NCBI GenBank assembly: GCA_035530075.1
Contig: DATKVM010000005.1
Coordinates: forward strand, 22,823 to 86,822
Direction: 5' to 3'
Length of the DNA stretch: 64,000 nucleotides
Origin: Patescibacteria group bacterium
GTDB taxonomy: Bacteria > Patescibacteriota > Microgenomatia > UM-FILTER-40-11
Translations under genes and position numbers: made by a program
In this document: positions 27,094 through 36,785 of the stretch, piece after piece
Layout: every line of letters begins with the position of its first letter
Numbering within the stretch: the stretch's first letter is position 1
The notes under the pieces: model-generated
Databases searched by the model: none
Told to the model about the DNA's origin: nothing
What the model saw: the letters and a program-made list of their open reading frames with translations, nothing else

Positions 27094-28629
27094 TCATTGA
27101 TCTATCTCCTTTGGCCGATATTGTAAAGCTTCAGCTAAATGGGCGGGCGTAATCTCCTCCTCTCCGGCCAAATCGGCAATTGTCCGCGAGATTTTAATTA
27201 AACGGTAATATGACCGGGCGGAAAGCTGAAACTGGACCACGGCTTGACGTAACAAATTTAAACACGCCTGAGAAAGAGGGCAAAATTCTTTAGTGTCCCT
27301 AGTCGACATTTCGGTGTTGCAAGTAATTTTAGTCTGCCTAAACCTCCGGGTTTGAATATCGCGAGCCGCCTGAACTTCCTGCTTTATCTTTTTTGAGCTT
27401 TTCGCCGCCGGTTGGGAACCGTTGGTGATTAATTTCTCGACCTTCACGGCGGGGACATCAAGATGTAAGTCAATCCGATCTAAAATCGGGCCGGAGACCC
27501 GCTTGCGGTAGCGCTCAATTTGACCGGGTAGGCAGCGGCATTTCTTTTCATTACTGCCAAAAAAGCCGCAAGGGCAAGGGTTAGCGGCTGCCACCAAAAT
27601 AAATTTAGCGGGAAAAACTAAGGTGCCAGCCGCCCGAGAAACAGAAACAATACCGTCCTCTATTGGCTGGCGCAAGGCTTCCAAAACATGGCGGGGGAAC
27701 TCGGGAAATTCGTCCAAAAAGAGTATCCCCCGATGAGCCAAGGAAATTTCCCCTGGCCCAGGCCGACTGCCACCCCCAATCAAACCAATTCGGCTAACGG
27801 TATGATGAGGAGCGCGGAAAGGGCGAAATTTAATCAGCGATTCCCCCGCCGGCAGATTGCCGGTTATCGAATATATCTTAGTTACTTCTAAGGCTTCCCC
27901 CTCGGTCAAATCCGGTAAGATTCCCGGTAGAGCTCGAGCCAGCATTGTCTTGCCTGCTCCAGGAATCCCCCGTAAAAAAATATTATGCCCCCCAGCCGCC
28001 ACAATCGTCATCGCTCTTTTGGCCTGCTCTTGACCGGCGATATCGGCAAAATCAAATTCCACTTCCACTCGAACTTGAATTTGGGAAAACTTAAGCGTCG
28101 GCTGCGGCTGAATTTCTCCTAGCCCACAAAAATGTTTAAATAAATCCAAAAGAGAGGTGACCGGTAAAATAGTAATCCCTTCAACCACGGCCGCTTCTCG
28201 GGCATTGACCGCCGGGACAATAATTTGAGCAAAATCCTTTTCTTTGGCCAAAAGCGCCATCGCCAAAATTCCGTTAGTGTGGCGCAGAGAACCATCCAAA
28301 GAGAGCTCCCCTAAAATGAGTGTCTTGGTCAAATCTTTCTGCACCTGACCAGAGGCCAACAAAATTCCCACTGCCATGGGTAAATCAAAAGCCGGGCCCG
28401 CTTTAGGCAAATCAGCGGGAGAAAGGTTAACGGTTAAACGGCGGTCAGGAAAATCCAGACCAGAATTCTTAATCGCGCTTCTGACTCTTTCTCTGGCTTC
28501 TTCAATCGCTTTATCAGGCAAACCGACAATGGTAAAGGAGGGCAAGCCCGAAGCGGCAATATCGATTTCTACTTCGATGGGGACTGAATCCAAGCCAACG
28601 GTTGCTCCAGAAAAGATGCGCGCTATCAC
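27094..28629 (-). CDS. comM: ComM/YifB Mg-chelatase-like AAA ATPase
   Basis: IVGLPD.AI.EARERV, G.PGAGKTMLA, RPFRAPHH, PGEISLAHRG.LFLDE, EALQYR. Confidence 0.95.
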   Translation of the reverse strand: MIARIFSGATVGLDSVPIEVEIDIAASGLPSFTIVGLPDKAIEEARERVRSAIKNSGLDFPDRRLTVNLSPADLPKAGPAFDLPMAVGILLASGQVQKDLTKTLILGELSLDGSLRHTNGILAMALLAKEKDFAQIIVPAVNAREAAVVEGITILPVTSLLDLFKHFCGLGEIQPQPTLKFSQIQVRVEVEFDFADIAGQEQAKRAMTIVAAGGHNIFLRGIPGAGKTMLARALPGILPDLTEGEALEVTKIYSITGNLPAGESLIKFRPFRAPHHTVSRIGLIGGGSRPGPGEISLAHRGILFLDEFPEFPRHVLEALRQPIEDGIVSVSRAAGTLVFPAKFILVAAANPCPCGFFGSNEKKCRCLPGQIERYRKRVSGPILDRIDLHLDVPAVKVEKLITNGSQPAAKSSKKIKQEVQAARDIQTRRFRQTKITCNTEMSTRDTKEFCPLSQACLNLLRQAVVQFQLSARSYYRLIKISRTIADLAGEEEITPAHLAEALQYRPKEIDQ

Positions 28630-28669
28630 TAGTTAGATTATTCACAAAACTTTTTGCCTTTGCAAGAAA

Positions 28670-29437
28670 TCAAACTCGGAAGGAGAGGAAAAAAGCCAAA
28701 GCGCCAATGGCCAAACAGTAAAAACCAAAGAGATAAAACTTTTCCGACTTAAGGGATTTTTGCAATAAAAGCAAGGCAAAATAGCCCACCACTCCGGCCA
28801 TCAGCATCGACAGAATCGGGAGAGGGGAGAAAGCTTGAGCGAAACCATCTTCCTTAATTTCCAATATCGTTGCCCCTAAAATAGCAGGAATGGCGAGCAA
28901 AAAAGATAATTTAAAAGCTGTTTGTTGGGAAAAATCTCTGATTAAAACGGCGCTAATAGTTGAGCCCGATCGGGAAATGCCCGGGAGTAAGGCCATCGCT
29001 TGAAAAATTCCCACAAACAAAGAATCTCTCCAAGTTATTTTTTTCGGGCGGTCTTTAATTTTCAGTTTGGAGGTCAAAAGGAGCAAAGCGCCAAAAAGGG
29101 CCCAGGCCACTCCTACTAGCCATAAGGAATCAAAAGTCGCCTTGAGTTTAGCGTTGAAAATAAGTCCAGCAAAGGCGGCCGGAATCGAGCCCAGAATAAT
29201 AAAAGACCAAGCGTTAATCTGCTTTTCCCAATTAAAGACTAGGTCCCAAATTTCTTTCCGGAAAAAAATAACAATTGAGCCAAGGGTCCCTAAGTGCAGC
29301 AAAACATCGAAAAAAACCGGCGGCCCCGCGATGGCCAAAGCTTTCTGAAAAAACACTAAATGGCCAGAGGAGGAAATCGGTAAAAACTCGGTTAGGCCTT
29401 GAACCGAAGCTAAAAAAATGGCCTCAAAGAAAGTCAT
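28670..29437 (-). CDS. uppP: Undecaprenyl-diphosphate phosphatase
   Basis: QGLTEFLPISSSGH, PGISRSGST. Confidence 0.96.
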   Translation of the reverse strand: MTFFEAIFLASVQGLTEFLPISSSGHLVFFQKALAIAGPPVFFDVLLHLGTLGSIVIFFRKEIWDLVFNWEKQINAWSFIILGSIPAAFAGLIFNAKLKATFDSLWLVGVAWALFGALLLLTSKLKIKDRPKKITWRDSLFVGIFQAMALLPGISRSGSTISAVLIRDFSQQTAFKLSFLLAIPAILGATILEIKEDGFAQAFSPLPILSMLMAGVVGYFALLLLQKSLKSEKFYLFGFYCLAIGALAFFLSFRV

Positions 29438-29476
29438 CAAATTGATTTTACGCTCGAGATCTGCTATAATCAAGCC

Positions 29477-29814
29477 GTCAAGAGCCGGGAAATAGCCCCG
29501 CCTATGGCGGGGAGGAAAGTCCAGACAGCAGAAAGCAGGGTGATCAGTGAAAACTGATAGGATGTACCATCTGGTGCGTCCCTAGTTAGAGCAACAGTGA
29601 CGATGCGGGTGGCGCCGCGTGAAACGACCAAGCGACTGGGTTCCCGATGTTACATCGGGAGGCAATCCTCCCCGCTGCAATCTTCGATTAACTCGTTTGA
29701 GGATGCTTTCCCGAGAGTTGAAGTTAAGAGCACGCGCCCTTCCGTAGCTTTGTGCGAAGGAGGGTCTAGAGAGATTATTTCCTTAAAACAGAATCTGGCT
29801 TACGAGCTTTTGAC
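29477..29814 (+). ncRNA. rnpB: RNase P RNA
   Basis: GAGGAAAGTCC near the 5' end, AAAACAGAATCTGGCTTA near the 3' end, terminal helix GTCAAGAGC/GCTTTTGAC, TGCTATAAT upstream. Confidence 0.93.
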
Positions 29815-29818
29815 AATT

Positions 29819-30805
29819 TTAAGCTCGATTAAACCTTTTGGAGTGAGAAATTTCCGCCGTAATTTCTTCCAGAGCAATAAAAATCGGCACCGCTAAAATC
29901 GCTCCCCCGACCCCCGCCAACTTAAAACCAATGGCCAGGGAAATAATCGTAATTAAAGGGTTTATCCCCACCACTTGTTTCATTACCCGAGGAACTAAGA
30001 TGGTATTTTCAATTTGCTGAACTAAAAAACCGAGGGCAGCGGCGGCTACGGCATGAAAGGGAGAAATCGTCAACCCAATTATTACCGCCGGAAAAGTTGA
30101 TAAAATTGGTCCCACATTAGGAATAATTTCCAGCAAAAAAGCCAGAATTGCCAGCGGCAGGGCATAAGGCAGGCCAATTAAGCGAAAGCCGATGTAAGTT
30201 AAAATTCCGACGAAAGTCATTAAAACAATTTCGCCTCTCACCCAACCGCCCAAACGCACCTCAATTTTGTCAATTACTTTTTGCACTTTGGATTCATTTC
30301 CCTCGCCAAAAAGAAGCTTCAAGTAATAGTCGAGATTTTGCCTTTCCATTAAAAGGTAAAAAGTAATGACTCCCAAAGCCAAAACGCCGACTAAGTTAGA
30401 AAAAAGGCTGAAAATAAATTTAATTAAATTGGCGGGAATGGTGGAAAATTGAGTCAATTGAGTGGCAATCATCTTCTCATCAATGCCCAAGAACTGGAAT
30501 TGCCGAAAGAAATTGGGCAATTGGTTAATTAAGCTAGAAGTCTGTTCCACTAGCGGCGGCACTATTCCCCCAACCCCAAAAGCTAAAATAGCTAAAATCG
30601 CAAAATAAGTCAGGAGTATCGCTAACCAGCGAGGAAATCTAAGCTGCTCTAGCCTTTTGACTGAAGGGTTGAGGGCTGACATTAAGATTAAGGCAATAAA
30701 GAGGGCTAAGATAATCGAACGAATTTGGAAAAGCAGCCAAATAAAGGCAACAAAAATGGTGGTAAAGACAATTGTCCGGTAAGAAATCTCTATCTTCCGA
30801 GGCAT
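29819..30805 (-). CDS. AI-2E family transporter
   Basis: ALNP.V..LE, LEIIPNVGP, QQIEN.ILVPRVM, G.ILAVP. Confidence 0.92.
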   Translation of the reverse strand: MPRKIEISYRTIVFTTIFVAFIWLLFQIRSIILALFIALILMSALNPSVKRLEQLRFPRWLAILLTYFAILAILAFGVGGIVPPLVEQTSSLINQLPNFFRQFQFLGIDEKMIATQLTQFSTIPANLIKFIFSLFSNLVGVLALGVITFYLLMERQNLDYYLKLLFGEGNESKVQKVIDKIEVRLGGWVRGEIVLMTFVGILTYIGFRLIGLPYALPLAILAFLLEIIPNVGPILSTFPAVIIGLTISPFHAVAAAALGFLVQQIENTILVPRVMKQVVGINPLITIISLAIGFKLAGVGGAILAVPIFIALEEITAEISHSKRFNRA

Positions 30806-30808
30806 AAT

Positions 30809-31729
30809 TTAAATATACCAAGCTTTAACTAACATTTCCACTTTTTCTTGCCACCCTTCTTCGTCAACATCAAACCATTTGCCCTGAACCTGTCGAAGGG
30901 TTTTTCTAAACCAGGTCATTTGCCGCCGAGCATAATTATGCTCATCATACTTCCAGCGCTGAATTACTTCATCTCTTGCGGCCTTCCCCTCAAAATAATC
31001 TCGCCATTCCCGATAGCCAATGGTGCTCCCCAAAACGGAATTATCCCAATCGTAACCTTCACCCAAAAGTTTTTTAATTTCTTCCTCCGCCCCCATTCTC
31101 ACTCTCTCCTCCGCTCGCTCATCTATTCTTCGATAAAGAACCTGAAGCGGCGCCGTCAGTCCAATTAATAGTTTGTCTAAATTTTTGAATTTTGAACTAT
31201 CACTTTTAACTTTTAACTTTGAATTTTGAACTCGAGTGGCAATCTCGATTGCGCGTATTAGCCTTCGGGGATTTTTTCTGTCAGACTCATTCATCCTTCG
31301 ACTTCGCTTAGGGTCAAGCTTTTCTAATGTTTTAAACAATAAATCAACGGAACAATGAAACAATCGTTCTCTTAGTTCCCAATTCGGCTCAATCCCCATT
31401 GTCCCAATTCCCTCCAAAGCCGCCTGCACATAAAAACCGGTTCCCCCGACTAAGATAGGAAGTTTCCCTCTTTTCCAAATATCCTGAATTGCCCCCCAAG
31501 CCAAACGATAAAAATCCGCGACGCTAAATTTTTGGTTCGGCTCCACCACATCATAAAGCCAAATTTTCACCCTTTCGGCCGTTTCTTTCCCGGTAATAAT
31601 ATCCATTCCTTTGTACACTTGCCTGGAATCCGCGGAAACAATCTCAGCGTTAAACTCTTTGGCCAGTTTAACCGCCAAGGAAGTTTTCCCGGTCGCTGTT
31701 GGCCCGGCAATAGTTAATATTTTATTCAT
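30809..31729 (-). CDS. miaA: tRNA dimethylallyltransferase
   Basis: GPTATGKT, SADSRQVY.GMDI.TGK, VGGTGFY, YARRQ.TWFR. Confidence 0.96.
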   Translation of the reverse strand: MNKILTIAGPTATGKTSLAVKLAKEFNAEIVSADSRQVYKGMDIITGKETAERVKIWLYDVVEPNQKFSVADFYRLAWGAIQDIWKRGKLPILVGGTGFYVQAALEGIGTMGIEPNWELRERLFHCSVDLLFKTLEKLDPKRSRRMNESDRKNPRRLIRAIEIATRVQNSKLKVKSDSSKFKNLDKLLIGLTAPLQVLYRRIDERAEERVRMGAEEEIKKLLGEGYDWDNSVLGSTIGYREWRDYFEGKAARDEVIQRWKYDEHNYARRQMTWFRKTLRQVQGKWFDVDEEGWQEKVEMLVKAWYI

Positions 31730-31732
31730 CGG

Positions 31733-32734
31733 TCACTTTTTGTTTATTAAATTTTCCAAAACTTGCCAGCGTCTTTTCTTTTCTTTATAAAGAACATTAT
31801 CCTCCATTTTGAAAGCAGCTGTTTGCTCCCGAGGGGAATACATCGCAATGTAAGCTTTGACAAAACCCACCCTTTTTGCTAGTTCCACGGTATGCTGAAA
31901 TTGTTCTTCGGTTTCGCCGGGAAAGCCGACAATAATATCCGTGCCGATTTTAATCTCAGGAATGGCTTTTCTAATTTTTTTAACTAAAGCCAGATACTCT
32001 TTGGCCGTGTAATGACGATTCATTTTTCTAAGAATTTCGTCGTCGCCTGACTGAACGGGTAGATGCAAATAGCGGTCAATTTTAGGTAAACTCATTGCTT
32101 TGATAATTTCGTCATTTAAATCCCAAGGATTGGAAGTAATAAAAGAAATTTTTTCTATCCCGGGAACCTCGTGTAAAGCCGTAAGCAGCTTCGCAAAAGA
32201 AGGTTCAAAACTATTGACGTTCTGCCCCAGGAGAGTAATCTCCTTATATCCCCGCTTAGCCAATTCCTCCACTTCACAAACAATCTCCTCAAATGGCCGG
32301 GAAACTTCTCGTCCCCGAGCATAAGGGACAACACAATAAGTGCAAAAATTATTACAGCCGTTGGAAATCGGCACCCAGGCATGGGTTTTTGACTCTCGGA
32401 TTTTTAGTCCCGCCGTAAAATCCTCTACCCGCTTAAACTCATCCACCGCCGGTAGTTTTTTCCAGAGCCATGGCCGGGGATACCTTAACATACACCCGGT
32501 CAAAATTATTTTTAGTTTTGGGTTTTTAGTTTTTAGTTTGGCCAAATTGTTGACCAATCCAAATACTCGGTTATCGGCCGATTGCCTAACGGAACAAGTA
32601 ACAATAACTACTTCATCCGCTTCTTCAATTGCTCTCGCTTTCCCCCACCCATTCGCCTCATACCACCCCGCTATCCTCTCGCTATCCGCCAGGTTCATCT
32701 GACAACCAAAAGTCCGAATGAAATATTTTTTCAT
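31733..32734 (-). CDS. miaB: MiaB-like radical SAM methylthiotransferase without a TRAM domain
   Basis: TFGCQMN.AD, TCSVR, GCNNFCTYC.VPYARG, HLPVQSG, DIIVGFPGET. Confidence 0.85.
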   Translation of the reverse strand: MKKYFIRTFGCQMNLADSERIAGWYEANGWGKARAIEEADEVVIVTCSVRQSADNRVFGLVNNLAKLKTKNPKLKIILTGCMLRYPRPWLWKKLPAVDEFKRVEDFTAGLKIRESKTHAWVPISNGCNNFCTYCVVPYARGREVSRPFEEIVCEVEELAKRGYKEITLLGQNVNSFEPSFAKLLTALHEVPGIEKISFITSNPWDLNDEIIKAMSLPKIDRYLHLPVQSGDDEILRKMNRHYTAKEYLALVKKIRKAIPEIKIGTDIIVGFPGETEEQFQHTVELAKRVGFVKAYIAMYSPREQTAAFKMEDNVLYKEKKRRWQVLENLINKK

Positions 32735-32764
32735 TTATTTAAAAACCAAACCCTTCAACCGAAG

Positions 32765-33355
32765 TTACTTTTCCTGAAACCCCTTTAGAATCAGGGTTTT
32801 GGAAAGCGGAGGAGTTTCGGCGGCGACCACAGTTACTGGCTGGTTGCTTCCGGCTTCGACCAGCAAGCGATTTTTTAATTCCGCCCCGGCATTGGCCACC
32901 AAATTCAAGACATATTCCACTCCCGAATCAACTTTGAGAAAATACTCACCAGCTGTCTTTCTTATTAGTCCCGAATAGGGATGGGTAGTATCAGCCGTTT
33001 TCAGCTGACCTTTTTGGCATTGGTCTTGATAAAATTGCCACTCTTCACACTCCGTTCCGTCGTCGAATTGGCAAATTCCTAAAGTCCCAGCTGTTTCTTC
33101 GACCGTTTTAAGTTTCCCCCCCTTATTTAAACAATTTTGGGCGGCGGGATTAGCCAGAGTCGATTTCTCACCGGAAGCTCTTTCTCCCTCTTTTTGGCAG
33201 GGGTAACTGGGCATTGGCGCCGATGGCTTGCCATGCTTGACCCATTCTCCATTTTTACAAATCCAAGTGTCTTCCGGAAACCAAAGCCGAGTCAACCCCC
33301 AAAAAAGTAAGACCAGAACGGGGAGCGATAAAAGAAAGATTATGACTTTTTTCAT
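32765..33355 (-). CDS. DUF333 domain exported protein
   Basis: WICKNGEWVKHGKP and LANPAAQNCLNKGG...GICQFDDGTECEEW. Confidence 0.8.
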   Translation of the reverse strand: MKKVIIFLLSLPVLVLLFWGLTRLWFPEDTWICKNGEWVKHGKPSAPMPSYPCQKEGERASGEKSTLANPAAQNCLNKGGKLKTVEETAGTLGICQFDDGTECEEWQFYQDQCQKGQLKTADTTHPYSGLIRKTAGEYFLKVDSGVEYVLNLVANAGAELKNRLLVEAGSNQPVTVVAAETPPLSKTLILKGFQEK

Positions 33356-33377
33356 ACCCCTATGATAACACAAGACC

Positions 33378-34160
33378 TCAACTGGAGGCCGAAGCATAGT
33401 GACCCAAGGCATATCGCCAAAATTTAAAGGCGCCAGTCAGAGCCAAAAAAGCTATAACCAAAGACAAGACCAACCAAGGCCAAGAAAGCAAACCCAGCAA
33501 GGCCTTGGCAGGAACGGTAATTAAGACCACCACCGGTATTGTAAAAGTAAGAATTCCCCGCACTAATCGGGGGTAAATGTCGGTTGAGAAACGAGCCATA
33601 CTGGTCAAATCCCGATAAACCCAAATTAAATGATCAATTTCGGTCGTCAGAATACAAACCGCGCAAATAAAAAGATGAAAAGCAAAGGAAAGAAAAAGGC
33701 TATTAATTATTAAGACAGAAAAAAGCGCTAAGTTTGAAAAGTTAAAAAGATTATTAATTCCTAAAAACCAAAGAAAATAAAACCAAAGAGGAACTAAGGT
33801 AATTAAGTCTAAGATATCAGTCCAACCGAAAATCGGCCGAAAAAATGAAGGTAGGGGCTTAAGCAAATCGAGGTCATAATCGCCGGAAACAATTAGCGGC
33901 CGGAAGTGATAAACTCCCCGGAATAAAAACTGCGTCAGAATATCAATTAAATTGAAAACCAAAAAGAAAATAATAATGGCTTCTTTTCCATATTCCCCTA
34001 AACTTCCTGATGTGGAAAGAATTTTAAAAAGAAAAACAAAAAAGAGAAGAAAACGAATAATCTTCCCCAAAAGGAAAAGCAAGGCCGACCAAGGATTTAT
34101 CAGCTGCGATTGAGCTGCCCTTGAGCTAATCATTAACCAAATTTTTAAAAGCCTCATCAT
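33378..34160 (-). CDS. ABC-2 family permease (DUF990)
   Basis: IVSGDYD..LLKP, ARF..DIY, terminal Y.SASS. Confidence 0.9.
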   Translation of the reverse strand: MMRLLKIWLMISSRAAQSQLINPWSALLFLLGKIIRFLLFFVFLFKILSTSGSLGEYGKEAIIIFFLVFNLIDILTQFLFRGVYHFRPLIVSGDYDLDLLKPLPSFFRPIFGWTDILDLITLVPLWFYFLWFLGINNLFNFSNLALFSVLIINSLFLSFAFHLFICAVCILTTEIDHLIWVYRDLTSMARFSTDIYPRLVRGILTFTIPVVVLITVPAKALLGLLSWPWLVLSLVIAFLALTGAFKFWRYALGHYASASS

Positions 34161-34954
34161 CCCCCAAAAGCACCGTATTTTCTCGTCCCTTTTTGCCAGA
34201 GGGACATACTTAAATAGTAAAATGCCGCTCCCCAAATAAAAGTAACTAAAATCGAGCTTAAAGCCACCCTGACGGAAACTTGCCCTAGCCAAATTTTCAG
34301 GGGAGAAAAAATAAGATAAGGGAAAGGGGTTAAGTAAAAAAGTTTCGCCACTGATGATGGTAAAATATCAATCGGGAAAATCACTCCCGAAAAAAAATCC
34401 AATAATACTACTCCCAAAAGCCAACGAGTAGCCCATATTTCTTCGGTCCAAAATGCCGTGAGGGAAATCGCTAAGCTCAGGAAAAAGTAAAGAAAAAAGG
34501 AAATTATCAGCTGGAGAATGAACAATCCCCACTCTAAAAAAGTTTGGGGAAAATAAAAAGAAAAATTTAAAAGCATTATCAACACTCCAATTTCCAAAAC
34601 CGCAAAAAGCAAATTTAGGGCTTTGTCGGCCATATCACGGGCCAGGAGAAATTTGAAAAGACCAATCGGTCTTAACAAATATTTGGAGAGCTCTCCGCTT
34701 CTTAACTGAGGGGCTAAGTCGGCTGTCCTCGAGGCTAAAATTAGACCGTCGAGAAAAACTACGCCGAGAAGATAAGTAAACATTTGGGCTCTTTCATAGC
34801 CAAAGAGAGTTTTTTGATTGCCATAAACAGCCAACCAAAAAAAGAGCAAAGTCAAAGTAAAGACTAAACTCCTAAACCGCCAGAGAAAAAAGTTTAGCCG
34901 ATAAGCTAAATATTCCTGAAGAGTTAGTTTAAAGATTTGCCGGTATTTTCTCAC
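34157..34954 (-). CDS. ABC-2 family permease (DUF990)
   Basis: AYR.NF, SGELSKYLLRP, FSG..FPID.LP, Y.AFGG. Confidence 0.9.
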   Translation of the reverse strand: MRKYRQIFKLTLQEYLAYRLNFFLWRFRSLVFTLTLLFFWLAVYGNQKTLFGYERAQMFTYLLGVVFLDGLILASRTADLAPQLRSGELSKYLLRPIGLFKFLLARDMADKALNLLFAVLEIGVLIMLLNFSFYFPQTFLEWGLFILQLIISFFLYFFLSLAISLTAFWTEEIWATRWLLGVVLLDFFSGVIFPIDILPSSVAKLFYLTPFPYLIFSPLKIWLGQVSVRVALSSILVTFIWGAAFYYLSMSLWQKGTRKYGAFGG

Positions 34955-35937
34955 GCCACATCTTTACCGGTAAACACTTCTCTAATAATCTCTTCAATCG
35001 GCACCTCTTCAATATTTAAATCCGCTACCGGGAAATGCTGCAAAAGCTCCGCCGCTGCCAAAGATGCGGCCTCTCTTTTAACGGAAAAAACCACTCTCGG
35101 AAAGGCATATTCTTTAACCTTTCCCACTTTCTCTAACTTTTTAGCGTCTATTTCGTGAGATAAAACCGCGGAGATAATTTTATGGTCAGCATACTTATGA
35201 GTAATTTCTGAAAGCTGGCCGTCAAAGATGAGTTTACCTTTATCAATAATTATTACTCGCCGACAAAGCTCTTTAACATCATCCATATAATGGGAAGTCA
35301 AAATAATGGTGGCTTTTTTAAGCCGGTTATATTCTCTAACAAAGTCGCGCATTTTCTTTTGGGATACCACATCCAAACCAATCGTCGGCTCATCTAAGAA
35401 TAAAACTTTCGGACTATGAAGCAAGGCCGCAATCAATTCGCACTTCATTCGCTGACCCAAAGAAAGCTTCCTTACCTGGACCTTCAGGATATCTTCCACT
35501 TCCAACATTTGCACTAACTCCTCTAGAGTTCCTTCATATTGCTTCTTGGGAATTTCGTAAATTTCCCGATTGAGATTAAAAGTTTCCAGGGCCGGTAAAT
35601 CCCACCAAAGCTGATTTTTTTGCCCCATCACCAGAGAAATTTGTTTTAAAAACTCGTTTTTCCGGTCCCAAGGGGTAAATCCCAAAACCGAAACATAACC
35701 ATCGGTTGGGTAAAGCAAGCCGGAGAGACATTTAAGAGTGGTGGTTTTGCCCGCCCCGTTAGGGCCAATAAACCCCACCAACTCCCCTTCGTCAATATTA
35801 AAAGAAATATTATCCACCGCTTTGACCTTCTCGTAGCGGCGATTAAATAAAGATTTAACCGATCCCGCTAGCCCCGGCTCTTTCCGGTGAACTTCATAAT
35901 ACTTCTTTAAATTAGAAACAATAATCGTCGACGCCAT
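34951..35937 (-). CDS. ABC transporter ATP-binding protein
   Basis: GPNGAGKTT, LSLGQRM, LFLDEPTIGLD, TSH. Confidence 0.96.
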   Translation of the reverse strand: MASTIIVSNLKKYYEVHRKEPGLAGSVKSLFNRRYEKVKAVDNISFNIDEGELVGFIGPNGAGKTTTLKCLSGLLYPTDGYVSVLGFTPWDRKNEFLKQISLVMGQKNQLWWDLPALETFNLNREIYEIPKKQYEGTLEELVQMLEVEDILKVQVRKLSLGQRMKCELIAALLHSPKVLFLDEPTIGLDVVSQKKMRDFVREYNRLKKATIILTSHYMDDVKELCRRVIIIDKGKLIFDGQLSEITHKYADHKIISAVLSHEIDAKKLEKVGKVKEYAFPRVVFSVKREAASLAAAELLQHFPVADLNIEEVPIEEIIREVFTGKDVA

Positions 35938-35975
35938 CTTTACTTAGAATAACAATTAGTCCTTAAATAGGCAAA

Positions 35976-36785
35976 TTAACTCGAGGCAGATTGATATTTT
36001 TTTAAACCTGCCCGCCAGATAAGGGTAGAAATTAAGTAAAACCAAGCCACCATAACTACCCCCAATAAAGCATAATAGCTAGGGAGCTTATTGAGCAATA
36101 TTGCCGTTGGAACATAGGCAAAAAATAATATCGGCAGGAAAAACAGAAGGAAGAACCGGAAAAGATTACTATAAATATCGGCCGGATAGCGGTCAAAATC
36201 CGTCGCTTCCAGCAACCAATCAACGAAAGTCTCGGCATTAACGAAAAAAAGGCTCAGGCTGGAAAGAGAAAAGTAAATAAAATAAACCAAAAGCCAACCG
36301 CAAAAAAGAGAAACCAGGAAAGACAAAAATTGCGTTATGCTGGTTTCGATGGTTAAATGGGATAAAGAAACCGAAAGAACGACAATGGTGTTAACTAGAC
36401 TGCCGATTGAAGTAAAATCAAGCGAGCTGAAAGAAACTAAAAAGCGGTGGTTGGCGGGCCGAATTAAGACTCGGTCAAAAGTGCCTTGGCGAACATCTTG
36501 AACAAACTTCTCCAAATTGTCAGCAAAAATCATCCAAGTTCCTAAAAAAATTAACTCGTGAATGCCTAAAAGAAGCATTATTTCCCAAAAGCTCCAGCCG
36601 CCGATTTCTTTTGTTCCCCTAAAAATAACAGAGATAAAAATAATCGTCGTCGCCATCCAGACAATTGGGGTTATTCCCAAAAGCAAACTATTAGCTCGGT
36701 AAATAACCACTTCCATAACACTCAACTTTATAAAATGAGTGTAAAGCTTCAAGTATCGCCAAAATTTACTGACCAACGGCTTCAT
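35976..36785 (-). CDS. ABC-2 family permease (DUF990)
   Basis: YRAN, GGWS, G.FD.VLIRP, RYPADIY, YQSASS. Confidence 0.9.
   Translation of the reverse strand: MKPLVSKFWRYLKLYTHFIKLSVMEVVIYRANSLLLGITPIVWMATTIIFISVIFRGTKEIGGWSFWEIMLLLGIHELIFLGTWMIFADNLEKFVQDVRQGTFDRVLIRPANHRFLVSFSSLDFTSIGSLVNTIVVLSVSLSHLTIETSITQFLSFLVSLFCGWLLVYFIYFSLSSLSLFFVNAETFVDWLLEATDFDRYPADIYSNLFRFFLLFFLPILFFAYVPTAILLNKLPSYYALLGVVMVAWFYLISTLIWRAGLKKYQSASS

Noticed and set aside
29597-29896. 99-aa ORF in the track
   Set aside because: It lies within the RNase P RNA and has no protein motif
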